Shown here: positions 8,787 to 19,162 of the stretch, one piece after another
Position numbering within the stretch: position 1 is the first letter of the stretch
Layout: each line of letters starts with the position of its first letter
From: an uncultured Actinomycetes bacterium
GTDB taxonomy: Bacteria; Actinomycetota; Thermoleophilia; Gaiellales; Gaiellaceae
Reading direction: 5' to 3'
Assembly: GCA_963779965.1 (NCBI GenBank)
Contig: CAWAAP010000016.1
Coordinates: 2,313 to 66,312 of the forward strand
Length of the DNA stretch: 64,000 nt
Notes under the pieces: generated by a model
The model's input: the letters and a program-made list of their open reading frames with translations, nothing else
Database searches by the model: none
What the model was told of the DNA's origin: nothing
Position numbers and translations under genes: made by a program

Positions 8787-11700
8787 GTGGCGATGGCGAT
8801 CTGGGTCTGCGCCAATTGCGGCGGCGAGAACGCTGCCGGAATGAAGTTCTGCGGACACTGCGGGACTGCTGCCGCCGAGGTTTCAACTCCGAACGCCGAG
8901 CAAGACGTCGCCGACGCGCTGAGGAGTTTCGTCGCCGGACCGGTCGCCGACAGGTTGGTCGAGGCCGGAGGCACGTTGCCGGAGGAGCGGCGGCTCATCA
9001 CGGCTCTGTTCGCGGACGTCTCGGGCTTCACGTCGCTCGCGGACCGTCTCGACCCGGAGGACCTGCTCGAGGTGATCGACCCCGTCATCTCCGGTCTCAG
9101 CAGCGTCGTCGGTCGTTACGGCGGCTACGTCGAGAAGTTCGCCGGGGACGCGCTGATGGCGTTGTTCGGTGCTCCCGTCAGTCATGACGATGACGCTGAG
9201 CGGGCGCTGCGGGTGGCCCTCGAGATGCATGCCGAGCTGGCACGCCTGGTCGAGGAGCTTCCGCACGATGCGAAGCTCACGCTCCACGTGGGCGTGAACT
9301 CGGGGCATGGGATCGCACGCATCCTCGGCAGCGAGGCCAGGATGGACTATGCGGTTCTCGGCGACTCGGTGATCCTCGCGCAACGGCTCGAGTCCGCGGC
9401 TCCGCCCGGCGAGACCTACCTGAGCGAGACGACCGCGCGACTCACCGAGGGAAAGTTCGAGCTCGAGCCGGTCGGCGAGCTCACGCTGAAGGGCAAGAGC
9501 GAGCCGGTCTCGGCCTGGCGGCTGATCGGCGAGCGCCGGGCGGCACCCAAACGGCTGTCACGACTCATCGGACGCGAGCGTGAGCTCGAGAACCTGGAAA
9601 CGACTCTGCGCGCGCTCGCGAATGGAAGCGGCGGCATCGTTGGCGTTGTCGGCGAAGCAGGAGTCGGGAAATCACGACTGACCGAGGCAGCATGCGAGCA
9701 CGCTCGAGCACTCGGCGTTCGCTGGCTGCAAACCCGCTGCCTCTCGTACGGCGCAGGGCTCGCGTACTGGCCCTACGCCGAGCTTCTGCGCCAGGACGAG
9801 CACGCCGATGTGGCGCGATCGGTACCTCATTTCGCCCGGCTCGCCGGCTTTCCCGAGGGCGCCGCTCTGGCCGGCCTCGAGCCGGAGGCTTTTCAGCGCG
9901 GGTTGCACGCCGCTTTCGCCGAGTGGCTGCACCAGCTGGCACGCGAGCAGCCGACTGTGCTCGCCCTCGAAGACGTCCACTGGGCAGATGCCTCGTCCGT
10001 TTCACTCACTCGCGACCTCGTCCGAGTGGCGGCTGCCGAGCCGCTCGGCTTCTACCTCATCGGTCGTCCCGAGTCCACGCCACTCCTCGACGAGCTCACG
10101 CAGAATCTTCCGTCGACGCGGCTCCGTTTGGATCCCCTTGACGAGTTGGGAACAGCCGAGCTGATCCACTCGATGCTAGGAGCGCCAGGACCTCGGGAGC
10201 TGGCCCCCTTCATCGCCGCGCGGACGGCCGGCAACCCGTTTTTCGTTCAGGAGCTCGTCCGAGCGCTCCAGGACTCGGGGGTGCTCCTCGCAGAGCACGG
10301 CACGTGGACGACGCGACCGGGCTGGAACGCGCGGGAGCTGCCACCGACGATCGAGGGAGTGCTCGCAGCGCGTATCGACCTGCTTCCGCGCAGCGCCGCC
10401 GCGCTGCTCGGTACCGCGTCGGTGATCGGTCGACGGATCCCACTCGCGTTGCTGCGCGCGGTTGTGGACGATCCCGCGGATCTCGAACCGTCGGTCGAGG
10501 CGCTCGTAGAGACGGGTCTTCTCGATCCCCTGACGGACAATGGTGATCGGCATCTCGCCTTTCATCACGCGCTCGTGCAGGACGTCGCCTACTCGCGCCT
10601 GCTGCGCCGGAGGCAACAGGAGATACACCGCAAGGTGGCCGACACCGCCGAGCGCCTGTACGGCGCCGGCGACGACGTCATCGACCTCCTCGCGCGACAC
10701 CTCTATCTCGGTAAGGCTGGCGAGAAGGCAGTCGGCTTCCTGCGCAGGGCCGGCGAGCGGTCACGGGAGATGTTCGCGAACGAAGAGGCGATCCTGCACT
10801 TCGAGCGGGCGGTCGAGCTCGCACCGGACGACGCCGAGCTCCTGCTACTGCTTGCCGACCTGGACGAGCACGTCGGCCGTTACGACGAAGCTCTCGTGCT
10901 CTACCGTCAGGTGCGCGATACCACGAGCGATGTTCGCGCCTGGCGCGGCCTCGCCTCCACGCTCCGCAAGCAGGGTGCATACAAGGAGTCGCTTGACGTC
11001 GTGAACGAGGCTCTTCGCACATCTGCACTCATCGATGCCGACCTCGTTCCGCTCTGGATCGAGAACAGCTGGACGCTTGCCGTGTCGGGACATTACGACC
11101 AGGCAATAGACGTGTTGCTCGCAGGACTTGAGTCGATCGGCACGCGGGAGGACGCGCTCGTCGGTCGGCTTCTCCTCGAGCTTTCCGTCTCGGAGACGTT
11201 CACCGGTCGACTTGCCGAAGCGCTCGAGCACGGTCTCCGCGCTCAGCGGATCCTGGAGGAGCACGACGACGCTGTCGGGCTCGCGAAGGCGATGCGCGTG
11301 GTCGGCGGCGTGTATCACGAGCAGGATCGGCTCGACGATGCCGCCGAGACCCTTCGCAGAGGGGTCCAGCTCGCGGAACGCGTCGGGAGCGTGGAAGAGC
11401 TCGGTGGTTGTTTGATCAACCTCGGCATGGTCGAGCTGAAACGCGGCGCGATCGACGATGCCATCGCTTGCGACAATCAGGCGATCGAGGAGTTCGAACG
11501 AGTCGGGCATGGCTCCGGCCGCGCGATCGGCTACGCGAACCTCGCCGAGAAGCTGACAGCCAAGGGCGACTACGAGAGCGCGCTCGTCAACGCCGAGCAC
11601 GCGCTCGAGCTCGCTCGCTCGATCGGCCTCTCGTACACGATTGCCGACCTGACGAAGACAATGGCCACGATCCACCTGCGGCAAGGCAACCTCGCGGAAG

Positions 11701-11867
11701 CTGCGGCACACGCGGAGGAAGCGGCTGCCCTGTTCGTCGAGGTCGGAGCGTCCCCTTCGGCGGCCGAGTCACTCGACGTGGCCGCGGAAGCGTGGGATCA
11801 AGCCGGTGAAACGGAGCGGGCGGCTGATACGGCCGCCCGCTCACGTGCGCTCATGAGCTCGGTCTGA
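8787..11867 (+). CDS. zinc-ribbon / class III cyclase / STAND ATPase / TPR protein (paralogue of 866..4069)
   Basis: 1026-aa ORF: WVCANCGGENAAGMKFCGHCG, ITALFADVSGFT, FAGDALMALFG, P-loop EAGVGKSRL, Walker B LALEDVHWAD, TPR-like C-terminus. Same domain order as the first copy. Confidence 0.9.
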   Translation: MAMAIWVCANCGGENAAGMKFCGHCGTAAAEVSTPNAEQDVADALRSFVAGPVADRLVEAGGTLPEERRLITALFADVSGFTSLADRLDPEDLLEVIDPVISGLSSVVGRYGGYVEKFAGDALMALFGAPVSHDDDAERALRVALEMHAELARLVEELPHDAKLTLHVGVNSGHGIARILGSEARMDYAVLGDSVILAQRLESAAPPGETYLSETTARLTEGKFELEPVGELTLKGKSEPVSAWRLIGERRAAPKRLSRLIGRERELENLETTLRALANGSGGIVGVVGEAGVGKSRLTEAACEHARALGVRWLQTRCLSYGAGLAYWPYAELLRQDEHADVARSVPHFARLAGFPEGAALAGLEPEAFQRGLHAAFAEWLHQLAREQPTVLALEDVHWADASSVSLTRDLVRVAAAEPLGFYLIGRPESTPLLDELTQNLPSTRLRLDPLDELGTAELIHSMLGAPGPRELAPFIAARTAGNPFFVQELVRALQDSGVLLAEHGTWTTRPGWNARELPPTIEGVLAARIDLLPRSAAALLGTASVIGRRIPLALLRAVVDDPADLEPSVEALVETGLLDPLTDNGDRHLAFHHALVQDVAYSRLLRRRQQEIHRKVADTAERLYGAGDDVIDLLARHLYLGKAGEKAVGFLRRAGERSREMFANEEAILHFERAVELAPDDAELLLLLADLDEHVGRYDEALVLYRQVRDTTSDVRAWRGLASTLRKQGAYKESLDVVNEALRTSALIDADLVPLWIENSWTLAVSGHYDQAIDVLLAGLESIGTREDALVGRLLLELSVSETFTGRLAEALEHGLRAQRILEEHDDAVGLAKAMRVVGGVYHEQDRLDDAAETLRRGVQLAERVGSVEELGGCLINLGMVELKRGAIDDAIACDNQAIEEFERVGHGSGRAIGYANLAEKLTAKGDYESALVNAEHALELARSIGLSYTIADLTKTMATIHLRQGNLAEAAAHAEEAAALFVEVGASPSAAESLDVAAEAWDQAGETERAADTAARSRALMSSV

Positions 11868-11879
11868 GCTCGGTTTCAC

Positions 11880-12320
11880 CTAATGGAACAACGTGCCGCC
11901 CCCGCTATTGGTGGTAGTGACCTCGAGGCATTGCTGATTGTCAGGCGCACCCACGTCGAAGACACGCCCGCCGATCGAACTCGTCGCGTACACGCACACC
12001 GTTCCGTCGGTGTCGGACACGGGAAGGTTGAACAAGATGACGTCGCCTAGCCCGGCCGGCGTCCCCGTGGCTGAAGTCAACGGAGTCGTGTCCCCGGATT
12101 GATCCAGCACGTAGAGGGTGTAGGTCGCCTGCTTACAGGCGGGAGCCGCGAGAGTTACAGAGCCGGTCAAGGTAGCGCCGTCCCAGCTGAAACCCGTTCC
12201 CCCGTTGATATCCAGACACGCGAGCGACGTCGGCGGCTCGGTCGGCGCTGCCCCCCACGCTGACGACACACTGAACACAAGCGCCGCCATAAGCAGCGGC
12301 AGCAGAAAGATCCGCTTCAT
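11880..12320 (-). CDS. small secreted hypothetical protein
   Basis: ORF trimmed to the ATG at 12320 (MKRIFLLPLLMAALVFSVSSAWG). AAGGAGGAGA Shine-Dalgarno. It starts 11 nt after the stop of the upstream giant gene, so it is probably co-transcribed with it. Confidence 0.7.
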   Translation of the reverse strand: MKRIFLLPLLMAALVFSVSSAWGAAPTEPPTSLACLDINGGTGFSWDGATLTGSVTLAAPACKQATYTLYVLDQSGDTTPLTSATGTPAGLGDVILFNLPVSDTDGTVCVYATSSIGGRVFDVGAPDNQQCLEVTTTNSGGGTLFH

Positions 12321-12330
12321 TGTCTCCTCC

Positions 12331-15300
12331 TTATCCCGCGACAAACGTGGTCGCGACGCCTTCGAAGCTCCACGGCGGCGCGGCAGATCTGCCGCTGATC
12401 GTGAAGACGACGTTGCTGTTGTGGATTTGATGGCTCATGAAGTAATTCACAAGTGCCTGGCGATCGAAGAGTGCCTGGCCGACGTTGTCCGTAACCTTCC
12501 AGCTGACACTCTTGAACGTCGTGACGGGATCGCCGTTGATCCTCGTGATCGCGACGCTCGTCGAGAGCACTTGGCTCAGACTGCGGTACGGAATGCGAAT
12601 AGTGACGTTGACCGTGTTCCCACCCGATGGGATCGGGAAGGGATTGGGCTGGAAAGTCATGACCGCGTTGTAAGGACCCGTCTGAGCTGTACAGGGTTGC
12701 GGGTCGTCGACGTTCGGGATCCCGTCTCCGTCCTTGTCGGCGTACGCGTCCATCGGGTTGGTGTCGCTACTGCCGATGCAACCGTTCTCGCTCGTCGCCG
12801 GGACGCCGTCGTTGTCGGCATCGGCGACAATCGTGATGCTGACACTCGACGTCGTGGTGTTCGAGGCCGAGTCGGTAGCGGTCAATGACACGGTGTAGGT
12901 ACCGGGAGCCCACCCGTTCCCGCCCGGTGACAGGTCGGCTGTGGTGCCGCTTGCCGTCCTGATGACCGTGTTACCGCTGAGCAGCTTCCAAGACGGTGTG
13001 AGCGCGCCATCCTCCGGGTCGACTGCGATCCCCTTCAACGGAATGCCGGAATATTGAAGGAACGTCTTCCCCTTCCCTGGACTGAGGATCGCCGAGAACG
13101 GCGACTTCTGGCCGGACTCGGTCGGCTCCGTGCCGGTAGCCGTGAAACCGCTCTGCAGGAAGCCGTCGTTGACGATCGCTTTGAGCTGTCCACCCGCGCA
13201 CGCGAGTGAGGCGTCGTAGTTGTACGTCCAGTTGGCAGTTGTGCTCGTCGAGCTTTGAGGCGACTGGGCTAGTGCGATCGGGAACCTCCCGTTGCCGGTG
13301 CCGCAATCCAGGTAAAGGTCGAGTAGGTCGTCTTGCGCGTTGTCGTCCGAACCTCCGACGTCAAACCTCTCCTGGCCTGGTGGCGTCGTCGAGGTGACGA
13401 CCTGCCTGCAGACCGAGAACTCTGATGTGCTGCGCTCGGTGGCGTTGGTCGCAGTCGCGGTGATGATGTCGCCGGCATTCAAGGCCGTCGACGAGAAGCT
13501 GAAGGAGGCGCTCCCTACGCCGTTCGTCGTCGGCGAAGCGAAGCCGATGAACGTCTCACCTTCGCCGGCACCCGTGCCGTCGCAAGCCGTGTTCTTGAAG
13601 AACTCGATGAAGTACTGGTTGTTCGCCGTGCCCGAGAAGGTGCCCGTTGACGGTGGTATTCGTGCCCGACTTCACAGCGCTCGTCAACGCTGGCGGCGCG
13701 ATCGTGACGGAGGGGTCGTTGTGAATGCCTACGTGTGCGTTGTCGTGGATCGAGTTCGCCACGACTCGGTTCGTGGCGCTGCCCATGTTGACTCCGTACG
13801 CGGTATTGAACGCGAAGGTGTTTCCCGGCCCGACCGTGTTGTTGCCGCCCGTGCTGACGCGGATACCGTCGCCATTCCCCATGCCGGGTGCCCCGGAACG
13901 GTTCGTCCCGACGAAGTTCCCGGTGACCTTCGCGCCGTTTGCACCCTGCAAGAAGATCCCGGCGTCGCTGCTCCCGACGATCACGTTGCCCTTGTCCGGG
14001 TTCGCGTTGGCGGGAGGCGAAACGTTGTCGCCGATGACCGTCCCGGTGCCGCCAACGTGAATTCCGGGCAGCGCGGAGGCGTGCACCGCGCCCGCTGCGT
14101 CGAGCCCGATGTTGTTGCCTGCGATGATGTTGCCCGTCCCGGCGTTGGAACTGACCTCGATGCCCTGCGCGCCGAGGATGACGTTCCCGATCGTCTTGTC
14201 GCCACCGATCACGTTGTCGTGGGCGCTGCTCTGGACGGTGATGCCCGTCACGGCGTTCTGCTGCGTCGTCCCGTTTGCAGCGACGCCGACGTAGTTTCCC
14301 TTGATCGTGTTCGTGTTGCCGGTCACGAGGATCTGACTGCGAACGCTCGACGGGACCGCGTTGCCACCGATGACGTTTCGTTCGGCGCTCGTCGTGCCGC
14401 CGATCGTGTTGCCGCTTCCCTGCCACGAGGATGCCCCAGCCTCGTTGCTCGCGGGGGTCACGCCGTTCGCTGTGAGCCCGATGAAATTGCGGCGATCGTG
14501 TTGCCGTCGGACTGCAGGCGCAGCCCGTACCCGGTTGCACACGGATCCGGCGCCGCGGTGGCGCACTGGAAGTCTCGTATGGCCAGGCCCTTCACCGTCG
14601 ACCCACCTGAGCCGGTCGCGAGCACCAACCCGTCGCCGGTCGAGCCCGCTCCGTCCCCGTTGAGAACGATCGCCTTCGAGCCCTCCGGAATGTTCGTCCC
14701 AGTCGAGCGTTCGGTTTCACCGTCGATGGACACCGGGTCGGTGATCGCCGGCAAGGGTGACGAGAGAACGGAGATCTGCTGCTCCCCGGTGCCCGCGATC
14801 GCAAATGTGATGTCGTCAGGCCCGTCGCCGTTCGCATGCGCGTTCGCCGCGAGAATGGCCTCCCGCAGGCTGCAATGGGTCGCGTCGCACGTCCCGTCGT
14901 TGACGTCGTTCGTCGTGTTCACGACGAAGGGGGGGCCGCCTCCGCCACCACCGCCGCCGCTGATCGACGCGCAGGCGGAGAACTCAGAGGTGTCGCCTGT
15001 GCCGGCGGCCGTGGCGGTCGCGGTAGCAACCGTGCCGGTCGCCGAGGTCGGGAGATCGAGCGTGAAAGCAGCATGGCCGCTGCCGTCTACCGAAACGCTT
15101 GATGCACCTACGAAGAATTCACCCTCACCATTCCCGGACGGATCGCAGGCGCTGTTGAGAAATGCCTCGACCCGGAACCCGGGATTCACGAGCCCGGCGT
15201 TCGTATCGAGAGTTCCGACAAGGTGGAGTGACCCTCCGCTGAGTGTGGCCGAGCTGATGACCGGGAAGTTCTGGAGGTTATTGGCGCCGACGTCGGTGTC

Positions 15301-16608
15301 ACCGGCGTCATTCGCGGTCACAGGGTCGGTGCCAAGGTTGATGCCCAGACTGGCGTTGGCATAGAACCGGTTACCGAGCACGCCGTTCCCAGTCCCACCC
15401 GTCATGGCGATGCCGGCGCCGTTGTTGTTCGCGATCAGGTTCCCCTCGCCCGCACCAGAGCCACCGATCGCGTTGATTGACGAGTTGTTCACCTGGATGC
15501 CGAACCCGCCGTTGCCGAGCGCACTGGTCCCATCCGCCGCGACACCGATCAGGTTGCCCTGGATCGTGTTCTGGTCGCCGCTCGCGAGATGGATACCGTC
15601 GCCGGTATTGCCCGAGATGACGTTGGCCTGGCCGGGGCCTGAGCCGCCGATGGTGTTGCTCGAGGCGCCGTTGAGCATGATGCCGCGACGCGAGTTGCCA
15701 ATCGCGATCGATCCCGACTTGTCAGTGCCGATGCGGTTACCCTGAATCACGTTGTTGCTCGATTGCGTCGCCCCCTGAACCAGATCGATGCCGGCGCCGG
15801 AGGCGTTGGTGGGCTCCGTGCCCGAGATCACGTTGTTGGTGATCGTGTTCGAGCTCGAGCCCTGCACCGTGATCCCGGCGCTCGCGTTGCCGAGGTCGGC
15901 GGTGCCCGCCGCATCGGTGCCGATGTAGTTACCAGTGACGGTGTTGCCGCTACTGAGTAGCACGATGCCGCTGTCGTTTGCGGAGATGATGTTCCGGTCG
16001 GAGGCGTTCGGCCCTCCGATCCTGACACCACTCGAGAACACTTGCACTCCAGCCCCGGCGTTCGGTGCCGCGCTACCTCCGGTGATGTCCGTGCCCAGGT
16101 AGTTCCCCTGCACGAGTGAGTCGCCGCTCCCAGTGAGCAGTCCGATTGCAGACCCCGTGAAACGGTTGATTGCGAGCCCACGAATCGTGACCACAGCACT
16201 GCTCGCCAGTCCGTACCCCGACGAGCTAGCCGGAGCCGTTCAACTCGACGAGCGGCGGCCCGGAATATGCGGAACCGCCCTGAGTCGTACCGTCGATGAC
16301 GAGCGCCTCGTTGATCGTCGGGAGAAGCTGTGGCGGGTTGGATCGTCACCGGGCCGGTGCCGATGCTGAACGTGATCATGTCTGCACCTGCCGTTGCGTT
16401 CGCCTCCTCGATCGCGGCGCGGAGCGTGCAGTTTCCGCCGGCGTCCTGGCAGAGACCGTCACCGAGATTGGCATCGCCGCCGTCGCCGGTGTTGTTGACC
16501 ACGAACGATGTCGTCAGCGCGGCGGCGACAGAGAGAGGGTTACGAAGAGATGGCAGCGACTGCAGCGGTCGCGTCCGGTTGCACGGTACGGCGACTATGT
16601 CTGCCCAT
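12331..16608 (-). pseudogene. giant secreted protein: two tandem CSLREA-type N-domain + right-handed beta-helix modules, then thrombospondin type 3-like Ca-binding repeats; at least 4 frame disruptions
   Basis: Pieced together from ORFs 15828..16643, 14458..16194, 13556..14566 and 12331..13482. Motifs: CTLRAAIEEAN and CSLREAILAAN; many GNxIG/GNYIG beta-helix rungs; two TSEFS(A/V)C module ends; Gly8 linker; DADNDGVP and DKDGDGIPNVDD. Frame breaks near 16330, 16228, 14490 and 13643. The N-terminal junction is ambiguous. Confidence 0.7.
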
Positions 16609-18396
16609 TCTCGACGGCTTCGAGACCGCCGGCCGGCCGACACTTCGTGCTTTCGCAGGTCGGTTCAACGAGAGCAGGATCGGATCGCCCGAGCTCATGC
16701 TCGTAACCGTCGGCGCGGCGGTTCGATTCCGCGCGTAAAGGAGCAGGGAATTCGTTGCACCCGGCGCCCCTTTCCAGAGCTCGATCCTGGTTGCATTCGT
16801 GTCGAAGGGCAGCGCGATGGAGAAGAGCGCGGCCTCCGGACGTGTCTCCGAGGGTGTGTCGTTGTGATGCGTGTCCGCGGTTGCCATCGGAACACCCTGG
16901 TTTTGGAGCACGACACTGTTCTGCTTTTGCACGAGGCGGTACTGACTCGCAGCATCCGGCAACGTCGTAGCCGACTGGGAGAAGTACGACTCCACGACCG
17001 TGGTGCCGGCCGCCGTCCCGATTGTCCCTGCGGGGATTCCGGCCGAGCCGTCCGTAGTGCCCGACATCACGAACGCGGGCCCCGCGGCTGCGCTGCCGAC
17101 GGTGCCGGCGGTCGCGCAATCCGAGGTCGGCGGTCCTCCGAGCCGGCACAGGAGCAGACCCCAGTCGGCCTTCTCGAGCACTGTGTTCGTGTTGTTCCAG
17201 GGCGCGACGAGGCGCATGACTGTGTGGTCGTCGCTCGTCCCTGCGAGGACCGACCGGGTCGCGGTGTTGAACGCGCGGTTCAAGTCTCCGGCGAGGTAGT
17301 CGGAATTGGTGTAGAGGGAATGGAAGGCGCCGTCGTTCCGGCCGGCGGGGACCGCACCCATCGTGTGGGCGAGCTCCATGCCCATCAGCGCACCGGCGTT
17401 CGACGTTGTGCCTTGCGTGTCATACGCCAGACGCACCCAGGCTTCGTTGCCGTTGATCGCCGCGCGGCCTTCGTCACAGCCGCTCGAGCTGCCGTTGGTC
17501 ACGAGCTGATCACCCACTCCCAGCACTCGGTCGGCGGGCGTCGCGGGATTAGCGGAGTTCCACGCCTGCAGGAACTGCGCCAGCAGCCCCCGCAGCGTTG
17601 CAAAGTTGCCGCCGCTGCCGCAGAAGATTCCGCCGTTCATCAGAACAGTTACGTCGAGAAGAGTCGGGCTGATCGAGTACCTGAGACCGGCGGCAAGCCC
17701 GGGCGCGCTCGTGTCGGTGAGAGTCGCGATGCCGTCGCGGAGCGGAAAGATCCTGGCGAGTGTGAGCATCCCGCGCTGGATCTCCTGCTGGCCGGCGGGG
17801 GTCAACTGCGTGTTGTAGAGCTTGGTGGGATCGCCCATCGGGACGACGAGCACTCGCAGTGCGTTCGTCTTCTTCGCAACCGCGGTGGTGATCGGGGTCG
17901 TCGTTCCCGGTCGAACGTTGAAGCTGACCGAACCCGGCGCGAGAGCTGTCCGTGAGTTCGGCTGCTGGACGTAATTGATCGTGGCCGTGAACGTCGCTGT
18001 GAACCCGGCCTCGCTTCCTCCTGGGGAAAGCGTCGCGCCAGGGATGTCGAACTTCACATCGCCGGTTGAATCAACGGCCGGCGCCGTGCTGTACGTCGCT
18101 AGCGCCGGGTAGACCGACACCAAGGACGGCGTGGTTGCAGAGATCGTTCTGTTGTTGCTGACGCCGCCTGCGACCGTCAGCGTGGCGCCTGTGACCTGGA
18201 TCAACGACCCGCTCGCTGCGCAGGACGGCTGGCTCATGTAGAGGCGGACCAGCGTGTCCTTGCCCCATGCCAGTGGCGTATAGGAGCCGAGGCCCTGGTT
18301 GATCGTGAGGTCTCGCAGCTGCGGAGCCAGGGTGCATCCCGGAGCAGCCCCGAGCGCGGTCGCTCCGCCGCCCCCGATGAGGAGCACAGCCGCCAC
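16540..18396 (-). CDS. large secreted hypothetical protein upstream of the beta-helix gene
   Basis: 618-aa ORF with plausible coding composition to about residue 590; its tail looks out of frame. The signal-peptide-like N-terminus is reached cleanly only via a GTG at 18396. An out-of-frame ATG at 18425 hints at another indel. Confidence 0.6.
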   Translation of the reverse strand: MAAVLLIGGGGATALGAAPGCTLAPQLRDLTINQGLGSYTPLAWGKDTLVRLYMSQPSCAASGSLIQVTGATLTVAGGVSNNRTISATTPSLVSVYPALATYSTAPAVDSTGDVKFDIPGATLSPGGSEAGFTATFTATINYVQQPNSRTALAPGSVSFNVRPGTTTPITTAVAKKTNALRVLVVPMGDPTKLYNTQLTPAGQQEIQRGMLTLARIFPLRDGIATLTDTSAPGLAAGLRYSISPTLLDVTVLMNGGIFCGSGGNFATLRGLLAQFLQAWNSANPATPADRVLGVGDQLVTNGSSSGCDEGRAAINGNEAWVRLAYDTQGTTSNAGALMGMELAHTMGAVPAGRNDGAFHSLYTNSDYLAGDLNRAFNTATRSVLAGTSDDHTVMRLVAPWNNTNTVLEKADWGLLLCRLGGPPTSDCATAGTVGSAAAGPAFVMSGTTDGSAGIPAGTIGTAAGTTVVESYFSQSATTLPDAASQYRLVQKQNSVVLQNQGVPMATADTHHNDTPSETRPEAALFSIALPFDTNATRIELWKGAPGATNSLLLYARNRTAAPTVTSMSSGDPILLSLNRPAKARSVGRPAVSKPSRMGRHSRRTVQPDATAAVAAISS

Positions 18397-18556
18397 CAGT
18401 GCCGCAGCAGCCCCGGCCGCCGCATGAGTGCGTCTCGTTTCTAACTCCCCTCAACCCAGACCGCAAACCTGCTTCGAACGGGCGGGATGTTACAAGCCTC
18501 GCCACTTAAGTCAAGGCCGGCCGTATCCGATCCTGAGCGGATTTCGTTTGAATGTC

Positions 18557-19054
18557 ATGCGGCGCGGGGCTTACACCTGGGGTCTCGGAATTCTCGCGCT
18601 CATCGCCAGCTCTCTGGTCGTCAGCGCCCCCTCGGCGGCGGGCACGGCGGACACGGAGATCATGCGGATGGCCGTCTCGGACTTTCAGTACAACCCTTGC
18701 GCCGACGAGCTGGTCACCACCACGGGAACGGTTCACATCGTGGAACACACGACGACGACCCAAAACGGACAGACGCACACCTATTCGTACGGTTACCAAG
18801 GGATGACGGGCACGGGCATCCTCAGCGGCGTGCGTTATATCGAGACGCATGTGGTCAACCAGTCCAGCTACTTCAGCGCGTCCCCGCCTCCCCTGGAAGT
18901 GACCGACACGGAGACGCTGGTGCTGAATCGAGTTGCACCAAACGGAGCGGTCACCGACGACGACTATCTCCTGCACGTCACCGCGCACATGACGATCAGC
19001 GCCAGCGGGGAAGTTAACGAGAAGTCGCTCGACTTCAAGCCCGAGTGTAGGTAG
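18557..19054 (+). CDS. secreted hypothetical protein
   Basis: ORF 18428..19054 trimmed to the ATG at 18557 (MRRGAYTWGLGILALIASSLVVSAPSAAG signal peptide). Confidence 0.65.
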   Translation: MRRGAYTWGLGILALIASSLVVSAPSAAGTADTEIMRMAVSDFQYNPCADELVTTTGTVHIVEHTTTTQNGQTHTYSYGYQGMTGTGILSGVRYIETHVVNQSSYFSASPPPLEVTDTETLVLNRVAPNGAVTDDDYLLHVTAHMTISASGEVNEKSLDFKPECR

Positions 19055-19162
19055 TCGAGTCCTCCTAGCGCCTTCAAGCACGGCTGATCCCTCAATCGAG
19101 GGTCGGGCGGGGCCACCACTACGGCGAAGTAGACGGAAGGCCCCTCGGTAGCCGCCCGAGCC

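Noticed and set aside
13340-15364. 674-aa plus-strand ORF. Similar long ORFs: 16330..17955 (541 aa), 50134..51360 (408 aa), 56816..58297 (493 aa), 31684..32889 (401 aa), 5977..7080 (367 aa), 8144..9187 (347 aa), 62359..63687 (442 aa).
   Set aside because: All lie antisense to or out of frame with genes that have clear family motifs. Their translations are Arg/Pro/Gly/Asp-rich and low in complexity, as expected for shadow ORFs in high-GC DNA.
17300-17420. MELAHTMG segment in the 618-aa secreted protein, resembling a zincin HExxH metalloprotease motif.
   Set aside because: The first His is replaced by Met, and no downstream third ligand motif was recognised. This is not enough to call a protease.
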